From: an uncultured virus (IMG/VR IMGVR_UViG_3300005782_000717) | Lineage: Duplodnaviria > Heunggongvirae > Uroviricota > Caudoviricetes | Length of the DNA: 20,000 nucleotides | Strand: one strand, 5' to 3' | IMG/VR virus record: IMGVR_UViG_3300005782_000717 | Shown: one piece after another, positions 15,371-20,000 of the stretch | How the letters are laid out: each line of letters begins with the position of its first letter | How positions within the stretch are numbered: position 1 is the stretch's first letter | Position numbers and translations under genes: made by a program | Notes under the pieces: model-generated | What the model saw: the letters and a program-made list of their open reading frames with translations, nothing else | What the model was told of the DNA's origin: nothing | The model's database searches: none

Positions 15371-15769
15371 TTATTTTGCCAGCCCCCTTACTTCCTCAAT
15401 AGTGACCCAGCCCTTGGCTAGCCATTCCCTCACCGCCTCAAGCAACCTCCCCTTCATACCCTCAAAGAGTTCAGGCGCTTCCTCCGGGGTGATATACCTC
15501 CAATCCTTGAAGCTCCCCCTGCCGGCCAGGGTCTTGGCGACTCCAAAGGGCTTGTCCGGATCCCAGTCGATACTCTTAAAGTAGGGTACCGTCTCCAAGG
15601 TGATATACTTGACCTTCACCGCTCGGTCGACGACCATCTTCCCGCAGACGGGACAAAAGGCCTGCAGACTCTCACCTGTCGGCGCCGGCGCCGGCCTTCG
15701 CCTGGCTAATGACTTACCTCCCGCGGCGGCTCCGGCCCCTTCTTTTTCACTCCGTTTTTTCCTGCCCAT
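15371..15769 (-). CDS. Hypothetical protein with a basic N-terminus and CPVC
   Basis: ATG 15769 follows GGAGG; 132 aa. Confidence 0.7.
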   Translation of the reverse strand: MGRKKRSEKEGAGAAAGGKSLARRRPAPAPTGESLQAFCPVCGKMVVDRAVKVKYITLETVPYFKSIDWDPDKPFGVAKTLAGRGSFKDWRYITPEEAPELFEGMKGRLLEAVREWLAKGWVTIEEVRGLAK

Positions 15770-15785
15770 GACTATCCTCCCGAGT

Positions 15786-15839
15786 CCCCTTCCCCTTACC
15801 AAGGGGAGGGGAAATTCCAAGAGGGGCTAGCGGCCCCTC
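15786..15839. repeat. REP-like double-hairpin palindromic element
   Basis: GAGGGGC-N5-GCCCCTC (15821-15839) and CCCCTTCCCCTT-ACC-AAGGGGAGGGG (15786-15811); lies where the dam fragment ends. Confidence 0.5.
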
Positions 15840-16012
15840 AGATATCTAACCTCAGCGGCTCTCATGACGTAGTGGTGCCACAACCTCGTATCGGTCTGGG
15901 AGAGCACTAGGCAAACGACTAACTTCCCCAGCTGGGCCTCGGCATAGGCTTTGCTCAGCCACTTGCCGATCTCTCGCCCATAAGGGGGGTTACTGTATGT
16001 CCGGCTCCCCCA
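15827..16012 (-). pseudogene. Internal fragment of a phage-type N6-adenine methyltransferase (Dam-like)
   Basis: W...TYSNPPYGREIGKW..KA.......VVCL....TDT..WH.YV....EVRYLRGR; lacks the N-terminal motif I half and the C-terminus. Confidence 0.8.
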
Positions 16013-16118
16013 GGGCCTCCTCTTTGGTCCTCCCCTGGGAAATGCACCCGGGGAGCACTGGTATCTCGGCGGCGAGATAGCCGTTCTCACTGGGCGTGAT
16101 GACGACAGGCAAATTCAT
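15990..16118 (-). pseudogene. Truncated HicB-family antitoxin
   Basis: MNLPVVI....NGY..AEIPVLPGCISQGRTKEEAL then abrupt loss of similarity; GGAGG RBS. Confidence 0.75.
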
Positions 16119-16140
16119 AAATCCCCTCCTCCACCTAACG

Positions 16141-16362
16141 TTATTTCTCCACCAATTTTTGAAGGTCTTCTTTACTGAGACCACATTGTTTCAAGATGCC
16201 TAGGAGTGTTCCCGTGGCAAGTTCGTCATGGAGCGGTACCACCGTTTTATGATTTGCCTTCTGCAGGCTAACATGACTTCCTTTCTGTCGTACAACCTGA
16301 AACCCTGCCATTTGGAGCAGTTTGATAAGTCCATCCCCGGATAAGACTGGAAGTTTAACCAC
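16141..16362 (-). CDS. hicA: HicA family toxin (type II TA)
   Basis: LP.LSG..LIK.L...GF...RQKGSH.......VVP.H.EL..GTL..ILKQ. Confidence 0.9.
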   Translation of the reverse strand: MVKLPVLSGDGLIKLLQMAGFQVVRQKGSHVSLQKANHKTVVPLHDELATGTLLGILKQCGLSKEDLQKLVEK

Positions 16363-16576
16363 TAACGGTTACCTCAAGCGGATACAGGACTATCTCACCT
16401 GTATTCTTAGGAATATCCTCAGTCCCAAAACTTTCCAGGTAAAGCTCTACCGCTTCCTTAAGGTTTCCCTGTGCATCTTCAATTGTTTTACCCTGACTCA
16501 CCACTCCCAATTCCATACAATGGGCAACATACCATTTTTCTTCCTTGGTGATTATTGCTGTAAGCTTGCTAACCAT
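16355..16576 (-). CDS. hicB: HicB family antitoxin, short form
   Basis: YVA.C.ELGV.SQGKTIE.A..NLKEAVELYLE. Confidence 0.88.
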   Translation of the reverse strand: MVSKLTAIITKEEKWYVAHCMELGVVSQGKTIEDAQGNLKEAVELYLESFGTEDIPKNTGEIVLYPLEVTVSG

Positions 16577-16646
16577 ACTTTCCTTCCTATCCATCTCCCC
16601 GGTTTTACCCTGGGAAATTTACTTTCTTGCGGTCCGCATAGGCTGT

Positions 16647-16901
16647 TTAGGCTCGATAAACATCCCCTCTCGACATCACCCGATAAATGATGACCACCTT
16701 TGCGCCATCATCGACCTGGTAAAGGATTCGATAGTCCCCCACGCGAACCCTGTAGCCGCCTCTGGCGGTTAGCTTTTTGGCACTGGGCGGAAGGAAATTC
16801 TCAGCTAGACGAGCAATTGCCCTGTTAACCCTCTCCTGAGTTTGCGCTGGGAGCCTGCGAATCTGCCGATGAGCAGTGTGGCTAACTTCCAGTCGATACA
16901 C
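16647..16901 (-). CDS. relE: RelE/ParE family toxin
   Basis: Y.L......A.RQ...L.....R...I..L..N..P...KKL.....YRVRVGDYRILY.V.D.....I..V..R..VY. Confidence 0.9.
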   Translation of the reverse strand: MYRLEVSHTAHRQIRRLPAQTQERVNRAIARLAENFLPPSAKKLTARGGYRVRVGDYRILYQVDDGAKVVIIYRVMSRGDVYRA

Positions 16902-17169
16902 CGCTCTTCAGCTCTTTCGACTTCGTCAGGTGCTCCTCAAAGGGAATTGTTGCCTCCTGATCCAGCTCGGCCTGGAGCAAACCGGCAGCATCAGAAAGGT
17001 CTTCCATGCGCTCTATCATGTCGTTATACTGGTTAATCCCGACGATAACCGCTTTCACCTTACTCCCGGAAACTATAAGGTATGGCTCCCCGCCACCGGA
17101 GACTTCATCCACCAGCTGGGTGAGTTTCGGCCTAGCCTCGGCCATTCCGATTGATTTTATCCTGGCCAT
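16882..17169 (-). CDS. Phd/YefM family antitoxin
   Basis: I.M.EAR.KL..LVDEV....EP..I.......AVIV....Y..M.E..E.L; AGGAGG RBS; overlaps relE. Confidence 0.85.
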   Translation of the reverse strand: MARIKSIGMAEARPKLTQLVDEVSGGGEPYLIVSGSKVKAVIVGINQYNDMIERMEDLSDAAGLLQAELDQEATIPFEEHLTKSKELKSGVSTGS

Positions 17170-17244
17170 GCTGCCCTCCTTAATGCCTATCTTAATACAG
17201 GTATTAATCATTGTCAAGGACAGTCTTTTTCCTCCTTCAAGATT

Positions 17245-18627
17245 TCACCTCGACTTTGCCTTGGAGATGAGGCGCTCTTCTTCTTTCACCCTATCCCGGG
17301 TCATGGCGCAGTATTCCTCAACACAGTCAATAACAATAGCCTTGCGACCTAAGAAATTGGCAGCTAAAGCAAGTGTACCACTCCCCACAAATGGGTCAAG
17401 CACCACATCTCCTTCCCTACTGCCCAGGGTTATCAAGTAGGACATCAGCTTGAGCGGCTTGACTGTTGGATGCCAGTTGATTCTCGGAGTTGTTCCTGCT
17501 TTTTGGGGCACATTTCTAATATCCTGTCCTTCATCTCTACCTACTATCGGCTGAGGCACATAATCCAGTCCCCTATTCTTCTCACTCTTACTAGCCTTTG
17601 GGACTATCAGGAATGGGAAGGTCTTTTGTACTGACGCCGGCAGCTCTTTTATTTTCTCTTCCCACCACCTGTCTAAATCAAAGTAGCGCGAGAATGAGCC
17701 GGAGTCGCCTAACCCTGGTTTTGCACCTTGGTAGTATTCTTCCTTAAAGCCTCCCGAATATGCTCCTGTATGGCCAGATTTTCCCCCACTTGATTTTGTT
17801 ACCCTCCCATCATTCAGCACATCATCAGAAACTAATAGATTGGCTGGGAAACGGCCAGATTTATGCGGTGTCGACCTGAAGTCATGTTGTCCAAGACTAG
17901 CATTGAAGGTTGGTGTGCAAGTAGCATTGCTAGTCCCATAAACATCTGTTGGCCCGCCTTCCTCATACGGTATCCGTCCATCATCCAGCCAACTAATCCC
18001 CTTCTTATTTTTTAACGCTTGGTCAACAAAGGTCTTTTCACTTAACGGCTTCATTGCCACCAGGATTACCTCTACCGCAGGTTTCGGTTGCTATCCACCA
18101 TAACTGCCGTCCAGGGCTTTGGCTTGGGGAGATGTAGCTATCGTTTTATCTACCTCGATTACATTGACAGAGCGGCCAGAGTGCATCGAGCCCGATTGTA
18201 TTCCAATATCTACCTTTTCCCTGCCAATAACTTCCCTCTCAGCCCCCAGCCTCTTATCCACGGCCTTGCCAATGTTCTGCGCCTTTGGAAAGCCAGTGGC
18301 GTAGGTCCAGAAGATAGGCGTAAAATTTACCCTGAACCCCGCATCCTCAAGAGCTATAATCATCCTGCTGAGGCAATCAGCCCTGGGTATACACATCACA
18401 AAGGCAAAGGCACCGGGCTTTAATATTCTGAGACACTCAGCCCATATTCGCCTATCGGGTAATGCATTATCCCAGTCCTTGCCCATAAATCCAATACCAT
18501 AGGGCGGATCAGTTACCAATAAATCCACACTACTATCAGGCAACTGGGGTAATATCGCTCGGCAATCCCCATGATGAATTGTTACATAACTATGTTGATG
18601 ATAAGGCTGAAGTCCTTCAATTTCCAT
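17245..18627 (-). pseudogene. Beta-class N4/N6 DNA methyltransferase interrupted by a single in-frame TAG at 18093-18091
   Basis: N-half has GDC...VTDPPY; C-half has HPTVKP...VLDPFVGSGT. Both halves are in one frame, joined by GSYGG*QPKPAVEVILVAMKP. Confidence 0.85.
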
Positions 18628-18650
18628 CCCCCTCTATTTTACCCTATATC

Positions 18651-18746
18651 TGGTAGGGACGGCAGGGCTCGAACCTGCAACCTCGGGGGAATCAGCCCCT
18701 AATACCGGTTATAAGCCGGCTGCTCTACCGATTGAGCTACGTCCCC
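18651..18746 (-). tRNA. tRNA-Ile(UAU) with a 25-nt variable region and encoded CCA
   Basis: GGGGACG/CGTCCCT acceptor, GCTC/GAGC D-stem, GCCGG-CT-TAT-AA-CCGGT anticodon arm, GCAGG-TTCGAGC-CCTGC T-arm, ACCA end. Confidence 0.9.
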
Positions 18747-18822
18747 TGGTAGCGGGGGAGGGATTCGAACCCTCGACCTCCGGCTTATGGGGCCGGTGAG
18801 CTGACCACTGCTCCACCCCGCG
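18747..18822 (-). tRNA. tRNA-Met(CAU), initiator-like
   Basis: CGCGGGG/CCCCGCT with C1:U72 mismatch, A11-U24, CCGGC-CC-CAT-AA-GCCGG, GAGGG-TTCGAAT-CCCTC, ACCA end. Confidence 0.92.
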
Positions 18823-18868
18823 TCCCCGCTACCTATCGAACTTCCTCAGCCACATCCAGTCTTTCATT

Positions 18869-19165
18869 TCATCCATAACGGTGCTCAGCTTCCTTTTGGT
18901 ATGCTTTCACGAAGGACTCCCATTCATCTTTCAACTTGTATATCGTAATCCCCTTGGCCTGAGCATCTCTTATGAGGGCCGTCCGTATTTCCCACTGACG
19001 GAAGGGATCTTGGTGTTCCATAAAGAAACCGTTTAGAGTTTCATCACTCATGAAGCTAATGTTGAGTCCCTTTATAGCCAGCCAGTCCTTAAACTCTTGA
19101 GCTGTCGCTTCGGTAATAACATCCTTATTCTCTACACCGAATCTAGCATAAATCCCACTTTTCAC
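18869..19165 (-). CDS. Hypothetical protein
   Basis: 98 aa, AGGAGGTG RBS, GTG start. Confidence 0.7.
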   Translation of the reverse strand: MKSGIYARFGVENKDVITEATAQEFKDWLAIKGLNISFMSDETLNGFFMEHQDPFRQWEIRTALIRDAQAKGITIYKLKDEWESFVKAYQKEAEHRYG

Positions 19166-19181
19166 CTTCCACCTCCTTTAT

Positions 19182-20000
19182 CTATCCTCTCCAGAATGGC
19201 AGGAAGGGATGGTTTTCGTAGACCTTCTCGTCGATCTTCAGTGGATCCAGAGTCACGTAAGCCAGAGCCATGTCCCCGGTGAGCTTCCATCTTAAAAAAA
19301 TCTTGCAGTAGATGTAGTTCCACTGGACGAGGACGGTATCCAGCGCCCTTCTGAAGGAGTGCCAGCCTGCACTATCCTGATGCTCAATACCTGCCTTTAT
19401 CTCAATGGACCGGTAGAGGTTGGACATGGTGGCGAGGGAATATGGCTTGGTAAAGTCATGCCCCTTGAGGTACGGAATAATCTCTGGCGCCAGGAGCTGG
19501 TGGCGCTCGATGCCCCCCTTACATGTCAGGACGTAAAGCCGTCCCGTCTCGTAGTCGATATGCTCCTCCCCAATCCTCACCAGCTCCTCCCGGCGGAGCC
19601 CCAGGGTTGTGGAGAGGGCAAGGAAGGCGGTCTCATCCGAGGCAAGTTTGCCCTCCTTGGCCGCGTCGACCATTATGCTCACCTGCTCAAGCTCCAGTGT
19701 GGGTTTTACGACATCCGAGGGCTGGACCTTCGGCGCTCCCCTCTTTCCCATCAACCAGTGCACGCCGGCGGCGTCAAACACACGCTTCGTGATGGTATAA
19801 ATCAGCCTTTGTGTTCCCTTGGAGTACCCCTCCTTGTCCAGCTTCTTCATGAAGCGGATGACCAGAGACCTGTCCCACTCCTCCGACCGGCCAGCGAAAT
19901 CGAGGAACTTTTTGGCGTAGGCAAGGCGGCTGGCCCGGGTATGCTCGCTGCTCTGCCACAGATCCTCATCGAACCTTTTTAGAATCTCATCTCTATTCAC
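19182..20000 (-). CDS. Tyrosine recombinase/integrase (start at the window edge)
   Basis: GLRREEL (R), TCKGG (K), WHSFRR (HxxR), LRW (W in place of the second His), ALAYV (catalytic Y). Confidence 0.9.
   Translation of the reverse strand: MNRDEILKRFDEDLWQSSEHTRASRLAYAKKFLDFAGRSEEWDRSLVIRFMKKLDKEGYSKGTQRLIYTITKRVFDAAGVHWLMGKRGAPKVQPSDVVKPTLELEQVSIMVDAAKEGKLASDETAFLALSTTLGLRREELVRIGEEHIDYETGRLYVLTCKGGIERHQLLAPEIIPYLKGHDFTKPYSLATMSNLYRSIEIKAGIEHQDSAGWHSFRRALDTVLVQWNYIYCKIFLRWKLTGDMALAYVTLDPLKIDEKVYENHPFLPFWRG

Noticed and set aside
18091..18093. Genome-wide TAG reassignment or pyrrolysine use
   Set aside because: TAG cleanly terminates several genes here (for example at 2508, 2969, 3342 and 4535), and no CUA tRNA or pyl gene is in the window.
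18651..18822. tRNAs as the attachment site of the tyrosine recombinase
   Set aside because: Both tRNAs are complete, flanked by element-like genes on both sides, and no duplicated tRNA 3' end is visible in the window.

Overview
A 20-kb slice of a bacterial mobile element or large virus. It has no housekeeping genes; a Chloroflexi/Dehalococcoidia-like host is my guess only. Positions 1-2.5 kb carry a + strand operon with a modular protein punctuated by (S/G)NP(G/A) linkers and a small basic HMG/YABBY-like protein. Positions 2.6-13.7 kb carry a dense - strand array of about 30 mostly small, often Cys/Zn-rich genes, including DUF2958, DUF4314, DUF932-like, an FtsK/HerA/Zot-like ATPase and an NPPF adenine methyltransferase, several of them separated by long RNA hairpins. 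This array is headed by a sigma70-like factor gene and an approximately 720-nt structured non-coding region. Positions 15.8-20 kb carry a decayed dam, a toxin-antitoxin cluster (phd-relE, hicB-hicA-hicB fragment), a beta-class DNA methyltransferase broken by one in-frame TAG, two abutting atypical tRNAs and a tyrosine recombinase. The most notable signals are: (1) a covariation-supported SAM-I riboswitch with terminator upstream of a DUF2958 gene rather than a sulfur-metabolism gene; (2) the sigma-like factor with a repeated 37-bp bipartite motif and a large candidate ncRNA; (3) a tRNA-Ile(UAU) with a long variable arm and an initiator-like tRNA-Met with an altered anticodon arm. All family calls come from motif recognition by eye, not database searches.
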